Origin: Bugula neritina | Taxonomy: Eukaryota; Animalia; Bryozoa | DNA length: 64,000 nucleotides | Assembly (NCBI GenBank): GCA_964035545.1 | Contig: OZ037771.1 | Location: 6,481,190-6,545,189 of the forward strand | Reading direction: 5' to 3' | Shown: positions 51,146 to 64,000 of the stretch, one piece after another | How positions within the stretch are numbered: the stretch's first letter is position 1 | Layout of the letters: every line of letters begins with the position of its first letter | The notes under the pieces: model-generated | Seen by the model: only the letters and a program-made list of their open reading frames with translations | Database searches by the model: none | What the model was told of the DNA's origin: nothing | Translations under genes and position numbers: made by a program

Positions 51146-54100
51146 ATGTTCAGCAATGGCCACTCAATAAGTTCTATCTTCACTGGAGTTTTTTGTAGGT
51201 TATTTGAGTTTTATGTAAAAAGATTGGTAGCACTTTTCAGCTGTTATTATTGGCTGTATTCTCTCACTAAACACAGCTGTTACTTTCTCATCCTAGTCAC
51301 TGCCAAAAATACCAACTATACGGTAACCATTTTACCCTAGTATGTGGCGAATATTACCCTAGTAACTGGCGAATGTCTAACATGTTTTAGAGTAATTTGG
51401 TGCTGAAGAAATTTTTAAAAATCCCAATTGATTTTATTTGTTACTAACCTAGAGTTTTACAAATCGAAATTGCAGAGTGAGTTATTCTAAGAATGAAAGC
51501 TGTAAGCTTTATTTCAAATAAACATTAAAATTTATTGCCCTTTTCACTCCTGTTTATGATCACTAAGTTTCTCTACCATTTGCTCCTGGACTGTTTATTT
51601 GTGGAGTTTTCATTTGAATTTGTACAAATTTAAATGAAAAATCGTGATAATTTACTTTTGTATTTTTTATTAAAAGTTTGACTAATATACGCTGTAAGTT
51701 GCAAGTTTAAAATAAGCAATGGTTTACAGCTTCCAGAATTCACTCCGTATTTTAGATAAAGCTCCACTTTGCCGAGCAATTATTTTCGGCTCAATTGGAA
51801 GTTATTTGATGATTGCCTTCCCCTTACAGAAGTATAAACAGCTGTTCGAATGCAACAGCCAAGACATATTTTTAAACCATCAGGTAACTTATGACAAGAA
51901 AATTTTAACAATAGTAAAATTTAAAGCACTCACAGCATTTTCTCAGTATCAGAAATATCTTATTTATATACATGTTAGCAAATGTTATGAATATGGATAC
52001 GAGATCTAATGTAATGTAGATTTACTTATTAATTTTCTAGAATTCTCTCTGAGTAGCAGAATTTATTAATTTATGATTTTTAAATTTCATTAATCAGTGA
52101 TATACATGCACTATACACGACATATTTCAGTGGTATTGACCCAGTAGAATTGGAACTTGCTGTAGATGTATAATCATGTTATCAGAATTATGCTACTTCA
52201 CTCTCTCATCTTTGCTTCTAGATATGGCGTCTGCCAGTGTCCAGACTCACCTTCACTGAAGTCAAATATCTCTTTCTCTGCGTCATTCTTATGCTTCAGT
52301 TTAAAAAGTTTGAGAAGCGTTATGGGACGAGGAAGTTTGCCGTGAGTTTATAATTTTTTCATGGCAATTTTGTGACTACTGCTATTGTTTGCGATCAATT
52401 ATAATCTTTGAGGTTTGGAGTGAAGTGTTGAGATTACCCAGTGTCCCTTGTGGTGTAGTGGTAGCATGCTTGCTTGCAAGTAGGAGGTCTTGGGTTCGAA
52501 TCCCAGTGGGGCAAAAGTTTTGTATGGAGACTGCAAAATACTCAAGTAAAGTGTGAGAACACAGTAGACAGTGTTATTAGGCTTGTTTGGTGAGGTAGGC
52601 ACTGCCCTATTCAACTTGACTGTAAAGTATATATTCATTCTAAATCTCTCCCACAACAGCACACCAAAGAATGTTACAGTGCTGTTGAGACTTGGCGGAG
52701 CTATCCTATCAGTAGCTGAAGTGTTTAGACTGCATAATCCTTTGTAGTTTTATGAACTGTTGTTGCCTTTTGTGGTGAAATATTGAAAGCCAGTCAAAAA
52801 TTAGATCATATATGTTATGGTAGAGAGTAGTGAATTAAGGGAGCAGCCATGGTCTAGTGGTTAGAGTGCTTACTAAGTGCTGACCTATGTCATGGGTTCG
52901 AGTTTCAACAGGTCCATGTTAGGAACAATATCTGATGGTGATTGCTCCTGTGTCACACAAACGCAGTTCTTAAGGTCTGGCCTCACGCTCGTGAGAATCA
53001 CACGAAATCGTGTGACGATTTCCGTGAGTTATCTTCTCGTTCTGACCAGCCACGCACTCGTCGGACAAAACACATAATAAATAATCTGTGAATGAGTCTT
53101 GCACTCGATGCAAACAACAGAAAATTGCCAAATAGAGAAACATGGTAGAAATGAAATAATTACTGTTGCTAAAATTCTATTGACCAATCTAATGGTGCTT
53201 ATTGTCGATTCTGATTTTTCGGCCATTGTCATCGTTGTGTACACCCAACAAAGAAAATTTTGTTTGAATTCTCTCAAATTTTCTCGCATGATTGTTTTTT
53301 GTGTCAAATAGACGATTTTGTGTGATTCTCACGAGTGTGTGGCCAGGCCTTAAGTCCACCTAAAGAGCCTTCCATCAGAGGTTCTTGCAGGGAAAAAGAG
53401 TTTAAACAAGCATGTAGTTTTAATAAAAAGGGAAATAAGCCAACTGTCTTTCTAGCCTACCTATTGTGTTGAAAAAGGACCTTGCATGATGACACATGGC
53501 ATGATATCATAGTAATGTCACATGGCACATCATTATGATATTATAATAGCTAATGAAGCTAATAATGACAGTTAATAAAATACTTAAACTCTCATTCTTT
53601 ACATACAGGGTCACGTGCTCGGTGTATTTGTACTCACCCAAGTGTTGGAGTTCCTGATGCTATACTCGGCACATAAACTTGAGTATTCACTGAACAGTCT
53701 ACCTTCTGGACCGTAAGTTCTCCACCATCTGTAACCATGAAGTTGTTTGTTTCGTGTAGCTTCATTGTTCCTGCATATACTAGTTTGAAAATAACCTAAC
53801 TTTAGTTTTCAGTTGTGTTTATTTGCTGCGATGTGTGAGGTATCGGGTTGAATGTGTTTATGTAGCATGGTGATGACAGTTTTGAAGTTATTGAAATTAA
53901 CAAACATTTATTCAGGTTGCCTTTTGACTGTTTGAGGTAATTTCTAAATCTTTCTCATTTATACTGTCATATTTTCTGTGTTTCAAATTATAGATTTAGT
54001 TGAATATGCCCACCATTAGCACAAAGCTCGCAATATTTGACTGGCAAACCATGTTATTGCCATTGTTTCATTCAGATTTTTCTACTCCTATCAGGATTTG

Positions 54101-57100
54101 TTTTCAAAATTTTGTGCATTTACACTTTCAAAAATATAAAACTTTATTCTTTTTGAGTTGAAGAAAATTATTACTTTTAATACTTAAATGCAACATCTCT
54201 TATTACGTGTATGTCATAAACAACTGTGTTAATACAATAGTATGTGTGCGATAAGTTACATGCTATAAAATATTTTGTAGAATTGCAGTTATCTTCTCTT
54301 TTTTAATTCCCTTCTATTTGGACCTTCCAAGAATCACACGGGCGTCTTTTATTGGAATTCCTATTACAGGGAAATCATTGAGCTATATCACAGCATTACA
54401 GGTGTGTAAATGCAGTATATTACATGTGTAGAAATAACTTGCATGTGCTTACATGCGTAAAGTATTTGGTGTGCATTGACATGGAATAGGCTTTTGAATT
54501 TGCTCCATATAAGGGTCTATAACAAAACATCTTATACAATTCTGTGAAACACTCCTGTTGATAAGAGTTTTTAGATGAGCTGAGAGCTATGCTTCTCTCT
54601 CTACTTTGGTAATATGGTTTGAGGTTTTGATGTGCCACAGACGCACTTATAGCTAGATGATATTCCTGACATCACCAAGGGCCCTACTGGGGTTCAAACC
54701 CTAAACGTAACACACCTGTGTTATACTAGGGCCACCCATCAGATCATTGCTGTTTCTTGCATCATGCACTTGGTGGAGTTAAACACCGGCTTTCCATGGG
54801 TTGATCTCAGATCAATCTCCGCGATATCGATCCATGGAAAGACATCAAAGATCGATCTCAGTCGATCTGAGCTGGTTGGCATGAGATTGATCTGAGTTCG
54901 ATCTCATGCCAATAAGACCATGGAAAGACGCCAGATCGATCTGAGAAGAAGAAAAAGACTGCTCGCTAAAATGTTGTCCGCTAATGAAAATGATTACTTA
55001 TTGTTAATTATTAAGCAAAGTACTTAATAATTACGATAGCCATCTTTTCAGATGCCAAAACTTTGACTTTCAGTACAATGATTAAAAAACTCGATTATAT
55101 AAAATTATAGACGGTAGAAAGTACTAAAAATGGGAGCATTTAAATTGAATTTAAATGACTAGTAAAACCTACTTTCATTAGTTATTTGCAGCGTAATTTA
55201 AAGCCTAACAATCCTGTAAGTTTATGAATAATCTGCAAAACAGCTATTAATTTTATATAAGCTATCAAGCTAAAAAATTAAAGTCAATTATCTTAAATTG
55301 GCCAAATTACTTTACGATAAAAGCTTTTCTGCATATAGTTTATAGCTGGCGTTAAATTTTAGATTACGACAATCTTGTTTTTTATCAGCAGTAGCTTTAA
55401 TCACTTAAATAGGTGAACAAATTATACTATTGAAGTACCCTTCACTTAAGAGGAGGCAACTCCGCGAGATCCATTTGACACTCTCATGGAAAAACCATCG
55501 ATCTGAGCACATTTCTCAGATAGATCTATCTGCTGTTAAAAACAAGATTGTCATAGTCTAAAATTTAACAATCAATCCATGGAAAGCCGGTGAATGTTCA
55601 AGTCATGTAGACTTGAGTACTTGCTGATGACTCAAGTACTTGAAATTTCTTGACTTACTTGACCCATAAACTCTATTTAATAACTTCTATCAATATTTTG
55701 CAATGTTTGTTTTGTTGTCACTAGAAAGTCGTGTACTTTATCGAAAGGTAGTTAAGCCAAGAAACTGGATTTGAATTTATAGGTGGACAAATTTGTCTGG
55801 CATAAAAGCTATAAAACTGATTTATTCTGTTTCAGGTGTCCAGTTCATCTATTCCAGCCTTGCTGTGCTCCTGTGTAGGTCTGGTAAGTTACTATTTGTA
55901 TATATTCTCATTTTACATTTGGGGATTGTGTGCACTTGAACTAAACACTACTCTGTGTCACTTTACCTACACTGGAATAAGCACTATTATGGGTGTGTCA
56001 TTTTGCATATAGTGAAGTCAACACTCTCCAAGGGCACTTAAACTTTTTCTTTTTTCTAGCAGCAATGTTTCCCCATCAATGAGCTTTCTAAATTTCTTAT
56101 AGCACATAATACCAACACTTCCTTCTTGATTATAGCGCATAATACCAACACTTCCTTCTTGATTATAGCACATAGTACCAACACTTCCTTCTTGATTATA
56201 GCGCATAATACCAACACTTCCTTCTTGATTATAGCACATTTAAAATTGTATCTGCTTATAATAGTAATCAATTTTAAGAACAGTGCGTTAGCCCAGTAAT
56301 TTCTTCTATTATGATATGCAAGTACAGCTGGTCCTCTTAGCTCTCAAGTTGTTATAACTAAAGTTGTCTACTTTCTTCATAGTTAAGACAACTCTAAATA
56401 TTTTTTCGTTGCTTTGCACGTCATGACTAATACATTGTCCAGAATGAGTCATGTCTGTGATTAAACAATCACGTTTTGTTGAAGGATTGCAGTCACTTCA
56501 GCAAGTTTTTAATGTTGCAGGTAGCCGGGGTGCTACATCGTAAGAATGTATTTAGAATAAGATCGTCGGCACGGGTTCCCACATTCGTGTCCTGCATACT
56601 ACACCGCTTTCTCGGCCCTCTACTAGATGTCTCAGCCCCTGCTCTACCCAAGCATTACGGTGCTACTCTGGAGCTTCAGAGAATAGAACAGGAAGAGAGA
56701 TTAGAACAAGCCATGCTATTGGCTAATATACAACAAAATAGGTCACAGTTGCTTAGCAACAGGATACGGGACCAGGTAAACTGTTTCCTTTCATTTCATC
56801 ATTTCTTAGTACTAGTCACTTACTCTGGGTTAGTACTACTCACTATGCGTTAGTACTACTCACTATGCGTTGTTAGTACTAGTCACTATGCATTAGTACT
56901 AGTCACTCTGCGTTAGTACTACTCACTTCTCGTTAGTACTAGTCACTTTGCGTTAGTACTAGTCACTCTGCCTTAGTACTAGTCACTCGGTGTTAGTACT
57001 AATCACTCCTCGTTAGTACTAGTCACTTTGCCGTAGTAACTAGTCATTGGACATCTATTGACTATTTTACAGCTATTAAAATTTTCAGTATACTTAATGT

Positions 57101-58443
57101 GTTTTAAATTGTATAGTGAACAATACCTATATATTTGACCAAGTATCATTGCTATTTGGAGACTCAAGCTACTCAGTGTCAGGGAAATTCTGTTGACAGA
57201 TGATGGTTCTGTCAACTGGTTGACTGGCTGCCAATTTTCTCATGTCATCGCCTGGTAATAATTTCTACAAATGAGATTTAGCCTCTCTCTGGGCCAAAAG
57301 TAAATCTTCACTTTACTATCAGCTAACTCTGCCTCTCTTTGTAACTGCCCTCTGCACCTGCACCTCTGAGTCAGGGTTTGAAGAAGAGGTCATGTGATTC
57401 GAATGACCTAATGGGGTTTTTGGGCCAAGTTACTCATTCAGTGTTTCCGGAAAAGTTGAACAATAGCTGCAAGAATTGGTACTTTCCTGGTATTCTGCTT
57501 CTGTGACTTGATGCTATGCCAACGGATATAGTTCTGGTCAACAAACACCTTCAAATGATGCATTGCTACTACTATACTATTATATTTGTTGTGGTTTATG
57601 AATAAGTCATTCTACTTTTGGCACAATAAGTTCTTGGCTTGTTGAGTTCTTTTGTCTGGGAATGTTGTTATTGGCTATTTGTGAGGGAGCTGCCAAGATA
57701 CCTCATTAGAAACCCCACAGGTTGTTGTCAGGTGCTCTGTATGGAGTACAAGCCTAGTACAAGCCTGGTGGTCAGGCTAGAAGCATGTCCAAATTATCAG
57801 GTGCAGGTGGGAGGTCCAAGTTGTTGACCTGCAGTTTTACCTTGAGTAGCTTAAGAATGTTCACCTTGTGTGGGTCAAAAAGTTAAAGGGCAAAGTGAGG
57901 GCAATGAACTTTTAACCTTCACTTTGGGGACACCATAATGGGAAAACTGGATGAGTTTGTCACCAAACTATTTACTGTAAACATATATAGTACTTTGAGC
58001 CACTCCCCTTCGATAAGTAGCATAATGGCGGACAGTGCTTCTTTGACGCCACTCTGGTACATATATCACCCTGGTGTAGGTCAACACTTCAATATATTCA
58101 TTCCTTTCGTCACCACATTCACACGGACATGATTATATATAATACTATTCAGTGTGATGGTTGTGTAGTACAGTCAGTGGTTATGAATATTCATAGTTTT
58201 TTATTTTTGAATTTATTTGTTTAAATTAGAAAGAATACAATTATGTTGCAGAGAAGTCAGTGGTCTGGGGCCCCTCCTAATCTAGCCCAAGATCCACCCG
58301 ATGACCTAATTCAGACCTTAGTTGGCTGCGGATTCACCCGTGAAAGGGCTTCAGAGGCACTAAGGCTCAATAACAGTAATCTTAATCTAGCACTTGACTA
58401 TTTAATTCAAGTACAAGCCAGTGCACCTCCTGGTACACCATAG
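51146..58443 (+). CDS. UBAC2: UBA domain-containing protein 2 (rhomboid-like pseudoprotease). Exons 51146(or 51128)-51194, 51756-51883, 52222-52341, 53609-53712, 54281-54401, 55836-55883, 56521-56775, 58252-58443
   Basis: YKAPL, HQIWRL, FEKRYGTRKFA, LPSGP, PFYLDLPR, GATLELQR and the UBA GFTRERASEALRLNNSNLNLA match the UBAC2 pattern in order. Confidence 0.93.
52430..52520 (+). repeat. tRNA-like SINE / pseudo-tRNA, family 1
   Basis: TGGTGTAGTGG and GGGTTCGAATCCC boxes; 6-nt anticodon loop, imperfect acceptor stem; homologs at 2752-3063. Confidence 0.65.
52839..53393 (+). repeat. SINE family 2 copy split by a MITE
   Basis: SINE head 52839-52973 and tail 53354-53393 are contiguous in the other copies. 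Confidence 0.65.
52974..53349. mobile_element. MITE with TTAA flanks and GG...CC ends (Kolobok-like)
   Basis: ~37-bp TIR GGTCTGGCCTCACGCTCGTGAGAATCACACGAAATCG and its inverse; TTAA on both sides. Confidence 0.75.
54784..55592. mobile_element. Non-autonomous TIR element, superfamily unassigned
   Basis: TIR CACCGGCTTTCCATGG(G/A)TTGAT at both ends; GATCT-rich subterminal repeats; TSD unclear. Confidence 0.75.
56097..56239. repeat. 39-bp tandem repeat (~3.5 copies)
   Basis: TTATAGCACATAATACCAACACTTCCTTCTTGA-type unit; intronic. Confidence 0.8.
56805..57045. repeat. Intronic minisatellite (20-bp unit GTTAGTACTAGTCACTCTGC)
   Basis: About 11 tandem copies. Confidence 0.88.
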
Positions 58444-59689
58444 TTGTGTATATTCTATATATTTAAATGATATACATTGCATGCGGTGTATGTATATTTT
58501 ATATCATGTCTAATAATTTATTCTTATATGTATAATACATACTACATTCGATATATATAACAAGCCCTACCTAACTGCAACTTAGCTTAGAGTAGAAGAT
58601 ATGCCCACTAACAGATGAATGGGGAATACAACTCCGACACCCAATATGCTGTTAAAATATGAGTGACTTTCAGATGAGCTGCTATAATGTAGTTGATTTC
58701 TCTAGCATACTAGAAATGCACTTGTACTCAGCTATTCAAGTTTTAATACTTCTAATATCATTAAATAACTATAATTACTGTCACATGTTTCTTAACAGTT
58801 AGCCGTTCAGAGTTACCTGCCCCCCTTTATTTCATTTGCTTAGGTTTTCCGTAAGCAAGTTTGGAGTTGTCTTAACACAAACGTATTCACATTCTTGCGC
58901 CGAGACATCAAGGCGCACATCTAATAACCTGGCACAATCTGCATGCCAGCATCTTTCTCTTCTTACCATAAGATTGTTGATAATCATACAAGTAATAAAA
59001 TTGTGTTTATTTGTATTATCTAAAACACGTTTGTCTTGACCTAGTTCTAGATGTAGACGGAAGTTGCAAAAAGATGCAGTTATATTGTTCATTTCATATG
59101 CAGGAGTTGTGTGTCTCTTGGTTTGGTGCGAGTTAAACATGCAGATAGAATATATCATATATTAATAAGCATTGTCTATAATAGCTAAACCTGCATATAT
59201 CTCAGCAATTAATGTTGTTTCTAATTAGTATTTTATAGACTAAACCCTGTAACAAAACCACTAATACTCCTGTACAAGTCTGTTTATTAATTAACATGAC
59301 TGGGTATTTGCTGTATGCTGTACAAAGTTCATTTTCAGTACCCTAGTAATAAACATGTAAAGTAAAGTGAGTTGTCCGATCCTGAAAATTATTTATTAGA
59401 ATAAAGAGTTAGGATCCCATTAGATCTAATAAAACAGCAGTTAGATTTTAATGAGCAGAAACTGTAAAAATATTCGCAATAATTACTGTACCATGTAAAA
59501 ATGAGAAGTACACCCAAGTTCTAAAACTACTTTGTTTTCTGTGAAACCCTCAGGGAATGTCAAAAATAAAATAATTTTAACTGGCACTGGTATGAAACTA
59601 TTACTGTGCAACGAAAAGGCACAGGTGAATATGAAAATAGTAGGCTGAGCAAATAAGTTGAGATGAGACAACTCTAATATTATGATGAG

Positions 59690-61924
59690 TCACTGTATCT
59701 CAATACCACAGAATAAGACATGGGATCTGGTAGGTAGAACGTAATGATATTGACTGGGCACGACTTTACACGATACCTCCACGTCCCTCGAATACTTCAA
59801 TGCAATAGAGATATCGCTAGGACTAACGTCGCCGTCTGCAAGGTCGCGTTGCTGGTCCTCAAATGCCTCGTAGAGTTTTCTGCCAATACGGCTGGTGGAC
59901 TGTTCTAAACCCTCTTCGTGTATCTCATCTAATTTTCTTTCTATTCTACGTTGAAGAGTTAATCTATTGATTTGTTGGGGACTCGTGGTTTGATTATAAA
60001 TTGCATTTGATTGTCTCGCACCTCGCCCTAAAGGTGACTCATTTGTCATACACTCTAGTCTGGCAGCGTGAAACGCTAATTCACTGTCGCACGGCACTGG
60101 GGGACAGTAACTGATGTCGTCAGGGTGTCTTGAATGTCTCCACGTGCTGTCTTCTGTTATATTCCGGCATATTTCATAGTCTATAGCGTTTAATGACTGA
60201 CTAGATAGTCTGGTTTCATTCCACTGTAACCTGAAAAACAGAAATACGTGTAAAAATTCTTCATTGCCATTTTTTATAAATTTCACTGTGAGGTTTCTTT
60301 TTCATACAGGTTAAGTTTAGACATGAATTTTCTGGTAGAGTTTTCCAGTGACTCACTGAGGACAAAGTATGCAAACCGCAAACCTCATTAATGTTGTTTA
60401 CAATACCATTGGTGAAAAATTTCTCACCGTGGTCTCTGATTATCAAAAACATTATGATATATAAATCTACAATATATATGCCATGAATAACTAATGAAGG
60501 ATTATGTGTACTGCTCACTTATATTTGACAGATATATTTGGGTTCCCACAAAGCCGAAACCTACCATCTGTCTTCAAAATATTTTAAAAATTTACAAAAA
60601 CGCTCTCACATTTTTAATCAAGTCCATAAAATATAGAAAAATTGTGGCGCTCAGACAGAAAGAGCCGGATTATTTATGACGACTACAAAGTTGGCAGAGT
60701 TTTATGCAGTTCTACTCTCTTGCAGTTAGAAACTCTTTAGGCATGTTTTCTTATCTAGGACTCAGATTGTATGTTTAAGAATTATCCCCCCTTCGCAGGT
60801 TCAAGCCCTTGGTTGGGTAATTTAGTGAGCTTGAACATCACTCAATTGGCACACTTGAATACCAGAAACATAAATTACAAATATGTATGCTTTGTTAAAT
60901 GAGTAGTAGAAAGAAGGGAGGTGTGGAGGAAAATCAAAGGGACATTGATTTATGAGAGAAATAATGGAATGGGGGGGGGGGGTTCAACTACTTGAGCTTT
61001 TAGTGTTGCACCAAGATGTGACAACACAACACTAAAGTTTCCTGTAATTTCATTCAGAGAATACTCTGTTGTAACTTTATAAAATCATGTTCTTCCGTAC
61101 AAACAAAAGCAGAGCAGTTAATGTAAGCAAACAAAAATGTTGTGTAATTTTCTTTATGCCTAGAATTTAAGCAATAAGTTGATAGTTTTTAAACCATAAA
61201 TAAATGTTAACAAAAGACCTTCGAAAACTGTTGAGCTTTCTAATAACTTTGGCATTTTATGGAAAAACCAGAATAAAATCAAATCTCGCAAAGCATTGCA
61301 TCTCCTTGATAGAGATTCAACATATCTAGAATTATTCATCAAAGCAGTAAAATGGCTGCATTTGATTATAATTAGCAAATATACTGCAAGATCTAGTTTA
61401 AATAATGTTTTATAAATGAAAATTACATAATTATAAATTGTTAGGGATTACCATAAGTATATTATACCAACTGTTACATTTAGTCAGTTGTCTTTTTAAT
61501 AGTACAACAACTCCTTATGTATTTATAGCTCAATAAACCATGAGCACAAAAACCTAAAAGTAAAAATACTGTAACTTCAAAGTTTTAAAAAATTAAATCA
61601 ACTTAATTATAGCTCAACTTCTCTTTGTTGGCTAAAATGACATTTTTAAAGGTTTTAGTTCTCTTCTAACATCATATTCGATAATTTCACTTTAAAATTA
61701 ACTTTTCGATTTTAATGATTTTCAGATTCTAAAAATCAGTATGAATTTTACTCTAAATCAAGTATTTTAACTTGGAAGCAATACTGAAGAGAAAACTCAA
61801 CTACCTTCTACTGCCAGACTGTATTTGTTGACAAAGTTGTTCCTCACCGTCTGCACATTGACATTGACATTGGAACTCCGAGGATAATGTTGGCACGCTG
61901 TTATAAGGCCAAGGACAAACACAT
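59690..61924 (-). CDS. 3' exons (61924-61805, 60230-59690) of a Cys-rich protein with a CxCxC motif; resembles the C-terminal region of invertebrate PDGF/VEGF-related factors; 5' end unresolved
   Basis: Phase-2 splice joins CVCPWPY...CQCQCADGEEQLCQQIQSGSRR to LQW...EICRN...YCPPVPCDS...RLEC; no cystine-knot exon found in the window. Confidence 0.55.
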
Positions 61925-64000
61925 CTACAAAAATCCATATAAATTAACTAATGATTTAAAAATCATGGCAAGAAACTAGTAAACAAATGATGAATAGTAT
62001 AAAGGATAAACTGAATGATAGTGAGATAGTCAGAGAGTCGTCCCTAATGCTAATCAAGCTCCATAAACTGATGCTCATCATGGAAGGGGTTGCTGCTATG
62101 CATACAGCCTATACTATATTATGTAAATCTAATGCTAACAAAAACTATCAAAAACATTTCGTCATTGAATATTTAATATAATGAATGTTGAATAATATTT
62201 CAAACACTGACTGTCAATATGAATTACATCATTTGTATTGGTAATACTAGTACGCATAAATAAACATGGTTAAATGTAATATTTGTAATGTTACACTGTC
62301 AATAGAAATGAGTGTTTCGGGATGTGCTTGATGGGAACCAAAGCAAATCATGGCATTGTAATAAAAATACTTCCTGTGCGCATCACATTGGTGTAAAAAT
62401 ACTGCAATATTGAATTCAGAAAAATTGTCTAGTAAGTAAAGCATAGTAAAGCCACAAATTTTTATTGCTGTGCATCTATAGACTGGTGAGGATATGCTGA
62501 AGATGTTATTTCTGCTCTTAATACTGCCTCCCACCTTCCCTCTGGTGGCGTAATTTTAGTGTGAAATGTACTTTTACAAATACTGCTTAGAGTTCCAAAC
62601 AGTTCAAGACATTTTCTAGTAAATTAGAAGGCCTAGACATGTGGGCAAGTTCAACGTTCTGCCTACTACGTCATGGAGTTCTTATCATCACATATTTATT
62701 TTAATCATCACATAATGCAGTTGTGACATTTGAGTAGTGGAGAAATTGAGATAGCCTTAGTTCTTTAATTTTCTTATTAAATTTTGGTTTATGGTGTAAA
62801 TCATAAATAACTTCTTTTGTCATGCTTCTAGCCTTCTACTCTAGAACACAGGCTTTTCTCAACTGTTGAGGTTGATTGAAAAACAAATGGAGGTAAAGAT
62901 GAATTAATGGAGAGATTGGGAAAACATGTGTGAAAAATGTGGCAAAAGAAGCTATTTTCTCACCTCCTAAGCCCCGACAATTCATAAAGAAAGCCAAAGA
63001 ACTTTGACTATTATAAGTTCTCAATTAATGCACCTAAATGATGCAGCTATTGTGTGATACCTGACACCAGAAAATGTACACAAACAAGATTCTTACGACA
63101 GTGGCCATGTCTAATCATATAATACAATTTAATCTACCTGTACAAACTGTTTTGGAATTTAGTTTAAGGGGAAGTGAGTTTCAACACAACATGAGTTTCC
63201 AAACAAAATGATGAAATTTTAAGCATAATAGAATGTGTATTTATTTATAAGAAGTCTTATTCTGTTTATAAACACCTTGATTCATTCTAATGAATACAGC
63301 TTTACACATGCTACAATGTTTCCTCAATACAAGAACAATTGTGTTGAAGGATATTACAGCAGTCTCTCTCTCAGAGCATCCCTGATTAGTGTGAGCCAAG
63401 TGCATCAGATTAAAAATCAACACGTTGGAAGTGCTAAGCTTTGTAGAAATGAATTGTGTCTAGGTATGCATATATATATTATAATACACTGAGGACAGTG
63501 TGGAACGTTTGCTGGATGATTGCACACCATTTCGCCGCCATATTCCCTTAATCAATGCCAAACATGAAGTGGTTCGTTTTAGAAACTTATTGCAACAACC
63601 GAAAAGCATATGATTATAATAGCTTGTTCATTCACTAACACTTCAAGTTGCTGATTACAATAAACGTTACTGTAAAAGTAATCGTCACAAATTCCCTTAA
63701 CACACAATACCATCTATATCAACTCATGTGCCAAAAATTATTTCATGAGAAACTAGCCGGCCAATAAAAAAAACTTGAAAATAGATTTCAGTGAAATGTG
63801 GAATGCACATTAGCCAATAATAATGAAGCAACATCCTTGCAAAACTATGTGGAAAATGGAGCAAGAATGGCAGCGATGTCACGATGGTCATTTACTGGAC
63901 ACAAAATGTCAGTGATTTAATTTATATGATACCTTTCTATCATCAACAAAACATGATTAATGTATTAAAAATATTAGGATACAGCTTGGCTAAACTAAAT

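Noticed and set aside
52440-52512. Functional tRNA gene
   Set aside because: 6-nt anticodon loop, imperfect acceptor stem and diverged dispersed copies indicate a SINE or pseudogene.
63500-63620. GCCN peptide on - strand as a PDGF cystine-knot exon
   Set aside because: Lacks the preceding P-x-C...RC-x-GCC spacing and usable splice sites.

Overview
AT-rich, intron-rich eukaryotic (metazoan, invertebrate-like) DNA; the organism cannot be identified from sequence alone. Host genes, built by hand from GT-AG splice sites and frame continuity: (i) a tandem array of three diverged paralogous type-I membrane proteins on + (A ~6.4-12.8 kb, B 23162-27279, C 28544-42024) that share exon structure, a Cx6CNxT domain and a cysteine-less Ig-like domain but have unrelated cytoplasmic tails; (ii) a flavin-containing monooxygenase (42544-47400, -); (iii) UBAC2 (51146-58443, +); (iv) the 3' part of a Cys-rich (CxCxC) gene on - at 59.7-61.9 kb. 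Mobile DNA: a truncated, frameshifted Ty3/Gypsy copy (1-2495, -); an intact related Gypsy element (14706-22209, +; 305-bp LTRs, ATAA TSD, tRNA-Leu PBS, -1 frameshift signal) apparently nested in an older solo LTR; an intact Gmr1-type element (33159-38812, -; IN before RT-RH, 521-bp LTRs, ATAGT TSD) in an intron of gene C; plus a hAT derivative, MITEs, tRNA-derived SINEs, a LINE remnant and many intronic minisatellites. Most notable: the intact Gypsy element carries, in the env position, a third ORF with no ATG of its own. It is reachable in frame by splicing and encodes a double zinc-finger, Arg/Ser-rich, coiled-coil protein rather than an envelope. All alignments and translations were done by eye.
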